From the NCBI GenBank assembly GCA_052034805.1, contig JBPOID010000004.1:23236-87235 (forward strand): DNA of 64,000 nucleotides, written 5' to 3'. The translations under genes and the position numbers were made by a program. Positions within the stretch are counted from its first letter, which is position 1; every line of letters begins with the position of its first letter. The notes below the pieces were generated by a model. It was not told the DNA's origin. It did no database searches and worked only from the letters and a program-made list of their open reading frames with translations. The stretch is from Candidatus Tayloriibacteriota bacterium. GTDB taxonomy: Bacteria > Patescibacteriota > Minisyncoccia > Phycocordibacterales > PALSA-1337. Below, in pieces: positions 17,203 through 27,844 of this stretch.

Positions 17203-18738
17203 ATGAGAGAAGATAATATACAAAAAGATTTTGTACAGAAACCAATCCGTACATTTGAAAGTGATATAGCAGAAGCTCTAGGCAAAGGGGCTTCTCTAGC
17301 AACTATTGCTATAGCAGAACAGAAAAGAAGAGATGAGGAAAGGAATAAAAATCAAAATATAATAAAAGAAGAAATAAATAAAGAAATAAAGGAGAATAAA
17401 AATGAAGAAGAAAAAGAAAAAACTCCAGAAGAAAAATTAGAAGAAACAGAAGAATTAGCAGAAAAAGCAAAAGATAATCTGCAGGCAGAAATAGAAAATA
17501 TAACTGGAGAAAAAAGACAGAAACCCGTAGACCAAACACAGTCAACACAGAGAGCACAGAATCTAAGACCAGATAATTCTACAGTTTATAAAAAGCCACA
17601 ATTACCTATAAATCCAGCACCAGATATGGTGAGAAGTTCTCCTATAGTCGATATAGCACCTGATATAGAAAGGGAAAAGGGCGTGTTTATAGAAAATAAT
17701 ATTCCAATACCTATACCACCAAAACCAGAAATAAAGAAAGAACCTATTATACCTAAGCCAGTAGAAATACCTGTTAAGATACAAGAGCAAATTCCTATTG
17801 CAATACCAGTAATGATTCCAAAGCCAGCACCGAAAATAGAAGAGAAACCAATAATTAAACCTTTACCTAAAATAGAACCATTACCGAAACCAGAAGCAAA
17901 AATAGTAAAGGCAACAATAAGTAATATAGACGAGGATGAAGAAGAAAATACAAATAAAGAAAAAAGAAATATATTAAAACCGTTAATTACTATTGTATTG
18001 ATAATATTATTTATTGGTGGGGGAATATATGGAGCTTATTATGTATATGAAAATAATCTATTATCTACAACCACTCCAATCGAACAGAAAATAATAATAC
18101 CTAGTATAATATCTCCTGATAAACAAATGGCTTGGAATATAGATAGTATAAATAAAACCCAACTTATACCTCAAATATATTCTCAATTTAAGAAAAATAC
18201 TCAAGAAAAAGGAAAGGTTCTTGAGTTAATACTGACACAAAAAGTGATTGATTCAGAAAAACAAACAGATAAAGCTATTTCTGGATCAACTTTCATAGAA
18301 AAATCTGGTATATCTATGCCTGATGTATTAAAGAGATCACTTACAGATAGATGGATGTTGGGATCTTATTCAGAAGAAGACGGTAGAATAACTCCATTTA
18401 TAATACTTACAACCGATTTCTTCCAAAACACCTTTGCAGGCATGCTTTCTTGGGAAAAATCTATGCCAGAAGATTTATCTTTGATATTGAATTATAGAGA
18501 AAAAGCTAAAGAAATTGATTTATTTGCTTCTTCTACTATATCTTCATATTTCAATATAAGAGGTAGTTTCGTAGATAAACAGATAATGAATAGGGATCTG
18601 AGAGAGTTTAGGGCTTCAAATGGAGAATTGTTATTCTTATACTCATTTATCAATAAAAACAGCCTGATAATAACGACAACAGAGAGTAGTCTCATAGATA
18701 TAATCAAGCGTGTTGAAAAGCAAACATATATAAGGTAA
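17203..18738 (+). CDS. Hypothetical protein: E/K-rich and Pro-rich low-complexity N-terminus, one TM helix, C-terminal globular domain
   Basis: 511 aa; PKPEIKKEPIIPKPVEIPVK-type repeats; [28 protein letters not shown]. Confidence 0.5.
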   Translation: MREDNIQKDFVQKPIRTFESDIAEALGKGASLATIAIAEQKRRDEERNKNQNIIKEEINKEIKENKNEEEKEKTPEEKLEETEELAEKAKDNLQAEIENITGEKRQKPVDQTQSTQRAQNLRPDNSTVYKKPQLPINPAPDMVRSSPIVDIAPDIEREKGVFIENNIPIPIPPKPEIKKEPIIPKPVEIPVKIQEQIPIAIPVMIPKPAPKIEEKPIIKPLPKIEPLPKPEAKIVKATISNIDEDEEENTNKEKRNILKPLITIVLIILFIGGGIYGAYYVYENNLLSTTTPIEQKIIIPSIISPDKQMAWNIDSINKTQLIPQIYSQFKKNTQEKGKVLELILTQKVIDSEKQTDKAISGSTFIEKSGISMPDVLKRSLTDRWMLGSYSEEDGRITPFIILTTDFFQNTFAGMLSWEKSMPEDLSLILNYREKAKEIDLFASSTISSYFNIRGSFVDKQIMNRDLREFRASNGELLFLYSFINKNSLIITTTESSLIDIIKRVEKQTYIR

Positions 18739-18747
18739 GATAGGTGT

Positions 18748-19113
18748 ATGACCAAGAAAGATTTACAATATTTTAAAGAAAAATTAGAAAAGGAGAAAAA
18801 AGTTCTTCAAGAAGAATTATCTACAGTTGGCAAAAAGAATCCTGATAGACCAGGAAGTTGGGATGCTACATCAGGAGATATAGAGGTTGATAATGCAGAT
18901 GACAATGAAGTTGCAGATAAAATGGAAGAATTAGAAGAAAATAATCTAATAATGGAACAATTGGAACAACAATTAAATGAAGTCGATAGTGCATTGAAAA
19001 GAATTAGTGATGATAAATATGGCATATGCGAAATATCTGGTGAAGAAATAGAAAAGAAAAGACTAGAAGCAAATCCATCAGCGAGAACCTGTATGAAGCA
19101 TATGAAGAAATAG
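18748..19113 (+). CDS. DksA/TraR-family protein (coiled-coil plus C-terminal zinc-finger-like region with only two Cys)
   Basis: 121 aa; acidic coiled-coil then CEISGEEIEKKRLEANPSARTC. Confidence 0.55.
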   Translation: MTKKDLQYFKEKLEKEKKVLQEELSTVGKKNPDRPGSWDATSGDIEVDNADDNEVADKMEELEENNLIMEQLEQQLNEVDSALKRISDDKYGICEISGEEIEKKRLEANPSARTCMKHMKK

Positions 19114-19149
19114 TTTATAAAAATACTAAGACATAAAAAATACTGTGGC

Positions 19150-19185
19150 ATGAAAAATCCTATTAAAATAATAGGATTTTTCATT
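19150..19185 (+). terminator. Rho-independent terminator (gaaaaatcctatt-aaaataat-aggatttttc)
   Basis: Perfect 13-bp stem followed by T-rich sequence. Confidence 0.55.
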
Positions 19186-19290
19186 GTATAGACATTGACA
19201 TAATTATTTATTTTATATTCTTATAAAATCTTTATTGTTTCTTTATTATTTTTTTATAATTTCTTTATTTGATATTGATATATTCTGTTA

Positions 19291-20820
19291 ATGAATATAT
19301 CGAGAACTTATAGTGCTCAACTTTCAGGTTTAAATACACATATAATAACTATAGAAACTGATCTATCAAATGGTTTGCATGCTTTTACCATAGTTGGTTT
19401 AGGTGATAAATCCGTAGAAGAAGCGAGAGACAGAATATCCGCCGCAATAAAAAATACAGGGTATATTTCTCCAAAACAAAAGAATCAAAAAGTTGTTATA
19501 TCCCTAGCTCCAGCAGATCTGAGAAAAGAGGGTCCTGTATTTGATCTTGGTATGGCATTGGGTTATTTATTAGCTAGTGGTGATATTGATTTTGATACAG
19601 AAAAGAAAATATTTTTGGGTGAATTAGATCTGGAGGGAAGATTGAGAAAGGTTAATGGTGTATTGCCATTGGTAAGAGGAGTATGTGAACAAGGATTCAA
19701 AGAAGTTTATGTCCCAAAAGAGAATGTAATCGAAGCAAGTCTAGTCAGAGGTATAAAAATATATGCAGTTGAAAGTCTTGATCAGATAATTCATCATTTT
19801 TCCTTAAAGAAAAATAAAAGAATATCTATACACCCAGCAACACCTATAGTCTATAGTAATCAATATTCAGAAACTGATTTTTCTCTTATACAAGGACAGG
19901 AAACCGCAAAAAGAGGACTCGAAATAGCAGCGGCGGGTGGTCATAATATATCTATGTACGGACCTCCTGGTACTGGCAAAACTATGTTGGCAAAAGCTTT
20001 TCGTACTATACTTCCACCACTCAATCACGATGAAATATTAGAAGTTACGGGTATACATTCTATGGCTAGGACTCTGGATAAACCATTCATAGTTCATCCT
20101 CCGTTTCGCGCGCCACATCACACATCATCCTACGCATCTCTGGTCGGAGGTGGCCCCTTCCCAAAGCCAGGAGAAATAACCTTGGCACACAAAGGAGTTC
20201 TTTTCTTGGATGAATTTCCTGAATTTGAGAAAAATGTAATAGATGCCCTGAGACAACCATTAGAAGAAAGGACAATAACAATATCGCGAGCGCGTGGAGT
20301 ATTGACCTTCCCAGCTCAATGTATACTCATAGCATCTATGAATCCATGCCCATGTGGTTATGGTAAAGAAAAAGGATGTTCTTGTACCGATGCAGATATA
20401 AGATGGTATAAGAAACGCATTTCTGGACCAATAGTAGATCGTATAGATATATGGGTTTCGGTATCGAAGGTAGAATATGATAAACTCTGTAGCTCGTCCA
20501 ATCAAAATGAAAACTCAGAAACCATAAGAAAGCGCGTGGAAATGGCACGTAGAATACAGAAACAAAGATATATAAATAAAAATATAAAAAATAAAAGCTT
20601 AAATAGTGAAATGAGTGTATCTGATATAGAGAAATGTATTTCTTTTGACAAAGATGTTAAGAAATTCCTAACTTCTTCAGCAGAGAGACTCGGTATGTCC
20701 GGTAGGGCATATCATAGAACAATAAAATTATCCCAGACAATAGCCGATCTAGACAGAAGTGATATTATAAAGAAAGATCATGTATTAGAAGCATTACAAT
20801 ACAGAGAAAAAAGATTTTGA
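19291..20820 (+). CDS. comM: Mg-chelatase-like AAA+ protein ComM/YifB
   Basis: Lon-like N-terminal domain, Walker A GPPGTGKT, C-terminal ChlI-like region; 509 aa. Confidence 0.85.
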   Translation: MNISRTYSAQLSGLNTHIITIETDLSNGLHAFTIVGLGDKSVEEARDRISAAIKNTGYISPKQKNQKVVISLAPADLRKEGPVFDLGMALGYLLASGDIDFDTEKKIFLGELDLEGRLRKVNGVLPLVRGVCEQGFKEVYVPKENVIEASLVRGIKIYAVESLDQIIHHFSLKKNKRISIHPATPIVYSNQYSETDFSLIQGQETAKRGLEIAAAGGHNISMYGPPGTGKTMLAKAFRTILPPLNHDEILEVTGIHSMARTLDKPFIVHPPFRAPHHTSSYASLVGGGPFPKPGEITLAHKGVLFLDEFPEFEKNVIDALRQPLEERTITISRARGVLTFPAQCILIASMNPCPCGYGKEKGCSCTDADIRWYKKRISGPIVDRIDIWVSVSKVEYDKLCSSSNQNENSETIRKRVEMARRIQKQRYINKNIKNKSLNSEMSVSDIEKCISFDKDVKKFLTSSAERLGMSGRAYHRTIKLSQTIADLDRSDIIKKDHVLEALQYREKRF

Positions 20821-20894
20821 TTATTTACAAACAGAAGATTTCAACTATTTATAAATAAAGAGATTCAAATTTTAAATAAAGATCCCTAAACCTA

Positions 20895-22001
20895 TTAGAA
20901 AGGATTTCTTGCTCCGCGTATTTCAAAGTGAACATGAGGACCTGTAGTCTTTCCTGTCATACCTATTTTAGCTATAACATCACCCTTATCTACACTTTGT
21001 CCTACAGTAACTAGAGTTGCTGAACAATGAGCATATAGAGTTTGTGTACCATTCGGATGAGAAATAATTACATAATTTCCATAACCACCATTCCAACCAC
21101 CATTCATAACACTAGCTATAACAGTTCCGGAAGCAGAGGCTCTTATCGATGTGCCAACAGGAGCTGCTATATCAACAGCATTATATCCGTGAAGACCTTG
21201 AGATATTTTTCCATTAGGTACAGGCTTCATATAATAACCTAGATAAGAAGGACCATTTGCATCATGAAGTTTAGATGTAGTATTAGTTTTCTTTTTTGAT
21301 ATAACAGCTGATTGCAAAGCTGTTGGTTCTGCATCTGGAATGATTATTATATCTCCTTCCTTTAGAACAGAATCCTTTGTTAAATCGTTATAAGACAATA
21401 CTTCATTCAAATCTGCTTTATATTTGGAAATAATAGACTTTATTGTATCGCCTTTCTTTACTTTATGTTGAATACCAGAAACAGGTAGAATAATAAGTGT
21501 TTGTCCTTCTTGCAAACTAGATTTTCTATCTATATTGTTTGCCCAAATAATAGTATTAACAGAAACATCGAAAAGTTCAGCAATATCAGACAAAGTATCA
21601 CCCTTACGTACTGTATAAAGGCTTATTTGAGTATTAGATTGATTATTTATATCCGCAATAGAGCCAGAAGGTCCTATTTCTGCTAGAAGGGCATTGTCTG
21701 ATGCTAGAGCTATGTCTTGATTTCTTAATGATTTATCTGGATTAGGATCAACATTAACCACCGCCTTTAACACCGTCATATTCTGAGAATTAGGTACGTA
21801 TTGATCATCAAATGTCTTGGCTGAAACTTGATCTGTAGTAGCACTAAAAATCGATGAGAGAATGCCAGCATTAGCTGTATTAGGATACATTATAAAAATT
21901 GAAACTATAGTGAAAATAGACAAAAATAAAGAAGCTGTCTTTATATGATAGCCTTTAAATATATTTGTCTTTTCTAGAGAAGTATTACTGTTATATTTCA
22001 T
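20895..22001 (-). CDS. LysM-domain M23 family murein endopeptidase
   Basis: Signal/TM, two LysM repeats (YTVRKGDTLSDIA; HKVKKGDTIKSII), M23 motifs HGYNAVDIAAP...HVHFEI. Confidence 0.85.
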   Translation of the reverse strand: MKYNSNTSLEKTNIFKGYHIKTASLFLSIFTIVSIFIMYPNTANAGILSSIFSATTDQVSAKTFDDQYVPNSQNMTVLKAVVNVDPNPDKSLRNQDIALASDNALLAEIGPSGSIADINNQSNTQISLYTVRKGDTLSDIAELFDVSVNTIIWANNIDRKSSLQEGQTLIILPVSGIQHKVKKGDTIKSIISKYKADLNEVLSYNDLTKDSVLKEGDIIIIPDAEPTALQSAVISKKKTNTTSKLHDANGPSYLGYYMKPVPNGKISQGLHGYNAVDIAAPVGTSIRASASGTVIASVMNGGWNGGYGNYVIISHPNGTQTLYAHCSATLVTVGQSVDKGDVIAKIGMTGKTTGPHVHFEIRGARNPF

Positions 22002-22314
22002 AATATAAATAATCTTTCGGCAATATCTGGAATGTCTTTTTTAGACATTTATCTGTATACGGAATTTTCTGTATATGGCTCTGTTGAGCCATATTTATAT
22101 CCCTATTTTCTAGGATACCTATATAGGGTACGCGAGTGCAAAACAAAAGTCAATCTTCAATGTGGAGAACATTTAATATGAAATATTGTCAATATACAGT
22201 ATTGAAAGTTATTATAAATATGATGTAATAATGGTCATTTTCTGTATTTTTATTTATCTATAACTTTTAATGAAAATAATGATTACAGTTTAATTATGTT
22301 ATAGTGTTATTGTT

Positions 22315-24264
22315 ATGGATTTATCCAAAAAAGACGAGCTGAATATGAGACAAAAAGAGGCGGTTAATACGCTTGATGGTCCACTTCTAATACTTGCTGG
22401 TGCTGGAGCGGGAAAGACAAAGACTATAACGCATAGAATACTCAATTTAATAAAAAATGGTGTAAATCCAAGAGAAATACTAGCCATAACCTTTACCAAT
22501 AAAGCTGCAAAAGAGATGAGGGAAAGAGTTTTTGATTTATTATCAAAAAATAACGATATAAATAGCCCTATATCTATGAATGAAAAGCCATTTATAAGCA
22601 CTTTTCATGCTTTGGGTGTACATATACTAAAAGAGAATGCCACTCTCATAGGACTTACTAGACATTTTTCTATATTTGACAGAAGTGATTCAAAAAGAGC
22701 GGTAAAAGATGCAATGGAAGTACTTGGTTTCAATCCAAAAGAATATGATCCCGGAACAATACTAAATGCCATTTCAAGAGAAAAAGGTAATGCCATAACA
22801 ATCAATCAATTCAAAGAAAGAACAAAAGATTTCTATGAAAAAATGGTATCCCAAGTATGGGAATTATATGAAAAAACTTTAATGAAAGAAAAATCTTTGG
22901 ATTTTGATGATTTACTTTTAAAGACTTTTCTAATACTCAAAAAATATCCAGAAGTAAAAGAAAAATACAATAGTATTTGGAAATATATTCATATAGACGA
23001 ATATCAAGATACAAATAAAGTTCAATATGGAATTTCAATTCTTCTAGCAGATAAATATAGGAATATCTGTGTAGTGGGTGATATAGATCAAATGATATAT
23101 TCATGGAGAGGTGCTGATATACAAAATATTTTAGATTTCGAGAAAGATTATTCCGAAGCAAAAGTTATATTATTAGAAGAGAATTACAGATCAACACAGA
23201 ACATTCTAGCTGCTGCAAATAATATAATAAAAAAGAATGTAATGAGAAGAGAGAAAAATCTTTTTACAAAAAATAATGAAGGTGAAAAATTAGAATTATT
23301 GATTTCATATACAGAAAATGAAGAGGCGAGAGTAATAGCTGATACAGCGAGAGAAATGATAAATAACGGCCTAAATCCTAAAGAAATTGCAGTATTATAT
23401 AGAACTAATTTCCAAAGTAGAGTTTTGGAAGAAGCTTTTCTAAAGAAAAGTGTACCTTATCAAATACTCGGTACTAGATTTTTCGATAGAAAAGAGATAA
23501 AGGATATATTGTCATTTATAAAAGCATCTTTGAATAGAGAAAGTGTAAATGATTTGATTAGAATAATAAATATTCCACCGAGAGGTATAGGTAAGGTAAC
23601 AATTTTAAAAATAATATCTGGGAAAATAGATACATTGAGTCCAGCTTTGAGAGAAAAAGTTAATCAATTCTTTTTGCTTTTAGACAGGATAAAAGAAATT
23701 ATTCCAAAAGAAAAACCTTCTCAAATAATTAAATATATTCTGAGAGAAACAGGAATAGAAAATATGTATAGAAATGGAACAGAAGAGGAACAAGAAAAAT
23801 TAGAGAACTTAAGAGAATTAGTTTCTCTAGGAGCGCAATATGATTCTCTAGAAAATGGAGAGGGTATAGAAGCATTACTTACAAATGCAGCACTCGCAAC
23901 AGATCAAGATGAATTAGAGAAAGATAAAGATGCAGTAAAACTGATGACTGTACATGCCTCAAAAGGATTGGAATTTGATTATGTATTCATCGCTGGACTA
24001 GAACAAGATTTATTTCCACACAAAAAATTAAGCGAGAATGATATAAGCAGATCTGAAGAAGAGGAAGAAAGAAGACTTTTCTATGTAGCTTTAACCCGTG
24101 CAAGGAAAAAAGTTTATCTAAGCTATGCTCAACTTAGAACTATATTCGGTGCTCAAAAGGTAAATACGCCATCAGAATTCATTTCCGATATAGGTGATGA
24201 ACTGATAGAATCAAAAGGTGATGAAGAAATAAGGGGAGTAAAGGCTATTTTTATAGATTTTTAA
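22315..24264 (+). CDS. pcrA: ATP-dependent DNA helicase UvrD/PcrA family
   Basis: Walker A AGAGAGKT, DEYQDTN box, UvrD C-terminal motifs; 649 aa. Confidence 0.9.
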   Translation: MDLSKKDELNMRQKEAVNTLDGPLLILAGAGAGKTKTITHRILNLIKNGVNPREILAITFTNKAAKEMRERVFDLLSKNNDINSPISMNEKPFISTFHALGVHILKENATLIGLTRHFSIFDRSDSKRAVKDAMEVLGFNPKEYDPGTILNAISREKGNAITINQFKERTKDFYEKMVSQVWELYEKTLMKEKSLDFDDLLLKTFLILKKYPEVKEKYNSIWKYIHIDEYQDTNKVQYGISILLADKYRNICVVGDIDQMIYSWRGADIQNILDFEKDYSEAKVILLEENYRSTQNILAAANNIIKKNVMRREKNLFTKNNEGEKLELLISYTENEEARVIADTAREMINNGLNPKEIAVLYRTNFQSRVLEEAFLKKSVPYQILGTRFFDRKEIKDILSFIKASLNRESVNDLIRIINIPPRGIGKVTILKIISGKIDTLSPALREKVNQFFLLLDRIKEIIPKEKPSQIIKYILRETGIENMYRNGTEEEQEKLENLRELVSLGAQYDSLENGEGIEALLTNAALATDQDELEKDKDAVKLMTVHASKGLEFDYVFIAGLEQDLFPHKKLSENDISRSEEEEERRLFYVALTRARKKVYLSYAQLRTIFGAQKVNTPSEFISDIGDELIESKGDEEIRGVKAIFIDF

Positions 24265-24270
24265 TATAAA

Positions 24271-25161
24271 ATGAAGAAAATAAAAGAAAATATAGAAAAT
24301 TCAATAGATACTTCAATGGATACAGAGGGTATTGATCAAAACATATCAGAAAACGGCCAAAAATATAGACTTATAGCAAAAAAGTCATTGGGGCAGAACT
24401 TTATACATGCTCCACAGATCATAAGTGCCATGATTCATGCTGGAAATGTTATAAATACTGATATTATCCTTGAAATAGGCCCTGGAAATGGAGCTTTGAC
24501 ATCTAATCTACTGAAAACCGGTGCAAAAATAATAGCAATAGAGAAAGATGATAGAGCAATACCAATATTACAAGATAAATTCTCAAAAGAAATAGAAAAT
24601 GGTCAATTAGAAATTATACATAATGATATTTTGGCTATAAATATAGCTTCTTTAGGATTACAAGCTCATAAATACAAGATAATAGCCAATATTCCTTACT
24701 ATATAAGCGGTGAATTGATTAGGAAATTCCTAGAATCAGATATACAACCAAACAAAATAGTCATAATGTTACAGAAAGAATTAGCAAAAAGAATAGTTGA
24801 TGAAAAGGGCAGTATACTAGCAATGTCAATAAAGGCCTATGGTAAGCCAAAATACATCGTTTCTGTACCTAGAAAATTCTTTAGACCTATACCAAATGTA
24901 GATTCTGCTGTAATTTCTATAGAAAATATAAGCAAAGACTTCTTTTACTTAAATAAAATAAATGAAAATCAATTCTTTGAGGTGCTAAAAACAGGTTTCG
25001 CACATAAAAGAAAAGTATTAATAAAAAATCTAGAAAAAGTCATAGAAAAAGACAAATTAAAAAAGATTTGGGAAAAAGAAAAAATAAGAGAAAACACAAG
25101 AGCAGAGGAGTTAAAATTAGATGATTGGAAAAAGATATTGTTTTCCACAGAAATAGAATAA
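24271..25161 (+). CDS. rsmA: 16S rRNA (adenine1518/1519-N6)-dimethyltransferase RsmA/KsgA
   Basis: LGQNFI...EIGPGNGALT...NIPY motifs. Confidence 0.9.
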   Translation: MKKIKENIENSIDTSMDTEGIDQNISENGQKYRLIAKKSLGQNFIHAPQIISAMIHAGNVINTDIILEIGPGNGALTSNLLKTGAKIIAIEKDDRAIPILQDKFSKEIENGQLEIIHNDILAINIASLGLQAHKYKIIANIPYYISGELIRKFLESDIQPNKIVIMLQKELAKRIVDEKGSILAMSIKAYGKPKYIVSVPRKFFRPIPNVDSAVISIENISKDFFYLNKINENQFFEVLKTGFAHKRKVLIKNLEKVIEKDKLKKIWEKEKIRENTRAEELKLDDWKKILFSTEIE

Positions 25162-25210
25162 AATTGCCAATTTTTATAGCATTTCTCTGATATAATTATA
25201 TCGGCTATTA

Positions 25211-26197
25211 ATGAAGCAATCGAGCCTAAAAAACCTAGCCTTTATAGTTATTGCCTTGATCGTAATTGGGGCGGTTTTTGCTTTTGCAGAATATAATAAT
25301 AAATCCAGTAAAAATCTAGTATATGATTCATCTACAATAGCATCCAATAAAATAGAAAGTGTAGATCCAGAATTGAAAAATAAAGATACAGATGGAGATG
25401 GTCTAAAAGATTGGGAAGAAACACTTCTTGGTACTGATATAAAAAACAAAGATACCGATGGAGATGGAACTTCCGATGGAGCTGAAGTCAAAGCTGGTAG
25501 AAATCCATTACTAAAAGCTACGAATGATAAAATAGATAGTAATACATCAACAAAATCAGAATCCCAAAAAGAAAAACTAACAAATACAGATATTTTGGCT
25601 AGAGATTTCTTTGCTAAATATATGGAATTAAAACAAGTTGGACTCGCTGAAGACAAAGAAAGCCAACAAGAAATGATAAGTCAGGTACTAAAGGGTGGAT
25701 TGGTAATAGAAAAACCAAAAGACTATACAGTAAGTAATGTAAAAATAATTACAGATAATAGCAAAGAAGCATTAAAGAAATATGGTAATGATACAGGAGC
25801 TATTTTCCAGAAATATATAATAAAAGATTCCAGAAATGAAATGGTAATAGAAAAAGAAGCTTTAGATAAAGAAGATTTTACAGTAATTAAAGAATTAGAT
25901 CCTATTATTTTGAGTTATAAAAATATGCTTTCTGGATTATTAAAAGTGAATACACCACAAAATATAAGTAATATTCATTTAGATATTATAAATAGTTTAA
26001 ATGGTTTAATATTTGCCGATGAATCATTAAAAAAAATAGAATTAGATCCAGTATCTGGAGTACAGGGAACAGCTAATTATCTCGAATCAACAAAGAAATT
26101 AAATATCGCTTTTAATAATTTAAAAAGTAGTTTGAATAATCAAGGAATAATGTATACGAAAGACGAATCCGGTAGTTTCTTTATATCATCAAATTAA
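25211..26197 (+). CDS. Secreted or membrane-anchored protein with thrombospondin type-3-like Ca-binding repeats (DKDTDGDG, two copies); first gene of the T4SS-like operon
   Basis: N-terminal TM/signal; DxDxDGxxD repeats. Confidence 0.5.
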   Translation: MKQSSLKNLAFIVIALIVIGAVFAFAEYNNKSSKNLVYDSSTIASNKIESVDPELKNKDTDGDGLKDWEETLLGTDIKNKDTDGDGTSDGAEVKAGRNPLLKATNDKIDSNTSTKSESQKEKLTNTDILARDFFAKYMELKQVGLAEDKESQQEMISQVLKGGLVIEKPKDYTVSNVKIITDNSKEALKKYGNDTGAIFQKYIIKDSRNEMVIEKEALDKEDFTVIKELDPIILSYKNMLSGLLKVNTPQNISNIHLDIINSLNGLIFADESLKKIELDPVSGVQGTANYLESTKKLNIAFNNLKSSLNNQGIMYTKDESGSFFISSN

Positions 26198-27841
26198 ATG
26201 AAAAATAATAATTTTAAAAAACTAATTTCTGCAACTCTTGTAATAACAATTATATTTTCATCTTTTGCTTTTGCATTACCGAAAAAAGCCGAGGCACAAT
26301 GGGTGGTTACAGATCCTGGAAATATAGTACAGTCAACAATAACAGCAGCAAATACTACATCTAGTGCATTCTCTCAATATTCACTACAATTAAAAGCTTT
26401 CGTTCTTGATACATTAGCAACATCACTTGCAAAACAAGTTATAAGACAAATAACAGCAAGTGTTGTGAATTGGATAAATTCTGGATTCGAAGGCAGTCCA
26501 TCCTTTATCACTAATCCTGGAGCATTTTTCCTAGATGTTGCTGATCAAATAACAGGAGAATTCCTAGCAAAAGCTGGTGGACCATTAACGGCTTTATGTT
26601 CTCCATTCAGTATAGATATACGTATTGCATTATCGTTCAAATATCATCCTAATATCCAGAAAAGATATGCCTGTACAATCGGTACAATAATAAAAAATAG
26701 TAGCAATGCAATAGCTGGAGCAAATATAAATGGATTTACGGCAGGGGATTTCAAACAGGGTGGTTGGCCAGCATTCGTATCTCTTACAACTGAACCTCAG
26801 AACAATCCTTATGGAGCATATCTCACAGCTGATAGTGAACTTTCTCTAAGAGTAGCGAATGCTCAATTGCAACAGAAAGACGAACTTAATCAGGGTGGAG
26901 GATTTCTTTCATATAAAAAATGTAAAGATGTTGATGTTATAGATCCTAGTAGTATATCTGGCTCCGATATACCAGCAGGCGACTCTGGAGATAATGGTTC
27001 AAATGTTGTTGGTTCAGATTATATTGGCCCAATAAATTCTCCTGCGGGTCAAGTTAGAAAACAGAAAAAATGTGAAATAGTAACTCCAGGATCAGTTATA
27101 ATGGGTGCCGTAGAAGCAAATGTAAATGGTCCTTTGCATGAATTACAATTAGTTGATTCCATAAACCAAATCGTTAACGCTCTTTTTGCTCAATTAGTAA
27201 CACAAGTATTAACAAAAGGATTAGGAGCAGTTAGTGGAAATGGACCTAGTGATTCATCTTCATATATTTATCAAATACAAAACGAAAAGAATGGCGAAAT
27301 AGAACAAGTAAGTTCTACAAAAGCAGAATTATTAAAGAATCTAAGTACGTATTTGGATAATGCATTCAAATATAAAGACAATAAAGATCAATCATTAAAT
27401 CTTGCATTAGCAGCAAAGAGTTCTTATGAGGCAGTGAAAACATGTTATGCAAATAAGATTTCAAACAATCAACCTCCATTAACACAATCACAAATGTCTC
27501 AGGCTCAAGATAATATAAATGCTATTGATTCAATAATAACAAGCAATGTAACACCACTGGCATCTAGATTATTAAGTGAAGCACAAAAAGCAGACACTCG
27601 TTATCAAACTCTAATAGATATAAAGACTAGAGCAAATGCAGCAAAAACAGTAAATGAATTATCAGCTCCTAGTACAGAATATTCTCTTATGTTACAGAAC
27701 AGAACTCTAGTTTCTGTTATAGATATTTCAGATTCTAGTCAGGAATTCGAATCAGTCAAAACAACAACAGATACAATGAGACAGGATGCCAATAGGAAAT
27801 TACAGGAATGCCAATTATTCCCTAGTTATGGATTATTTTAA
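26198..27841 (+). CDS. Secreted hypothetical protein (signal peptide), T4SS-like operon
   Basis: 547 aa; cleavable signal MKNNNFKKLISATLVITIIFSSFAFALPKKAEA; start abuts the previous stop. Confidence 0.5.
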   Translation: MKNNNFKKLISATLVITIIFSSFAFALPKKAEAQWVVTDPGNIVQSTITAANTTSSAFSQYSLQLKAFVLDTLATSLAKQVIRQITASVVNWINSGFEGSPSFITNPGAFFLDVADQITGEFLAKAGGPLTALCSPFSIDIRIALSFKYHPNIQKRYACTIGTIIKNSSNAIAGANINGFTAGDFKQGGWPAFVSLTTEPQNNPYGAYLTADSELSLRVANAQLQQKDELNQGGGFLSYKKCKDVDVIDPSSISGSDIPAGDSGDNGSNVVGSDYIGPINSPAGQVRKQKKCEIVTPGSVIMGAVEANVNGPLHELQLVDSINQIVNALFAQLVTQVLTKGLGAVSGNGPSDSSSYIYQIQNEKNGEIEQVSSTKAELLKNLSTYLDNAFKYKDNKDQSLNLALAAKSSYEAVKTCYANKISNNQPPLTQSQMSQAQDNINAIDSIITSNVTPLASRLLSEAQKADTRYQTLIDIKTRANAAKTVNELSAPSTEYSLMLQNRTLVSVIDISDSSQEFESVKTTTDTMRQDANRKLQECQLFPSYGLF

Positions 27842-27844
27842 TTC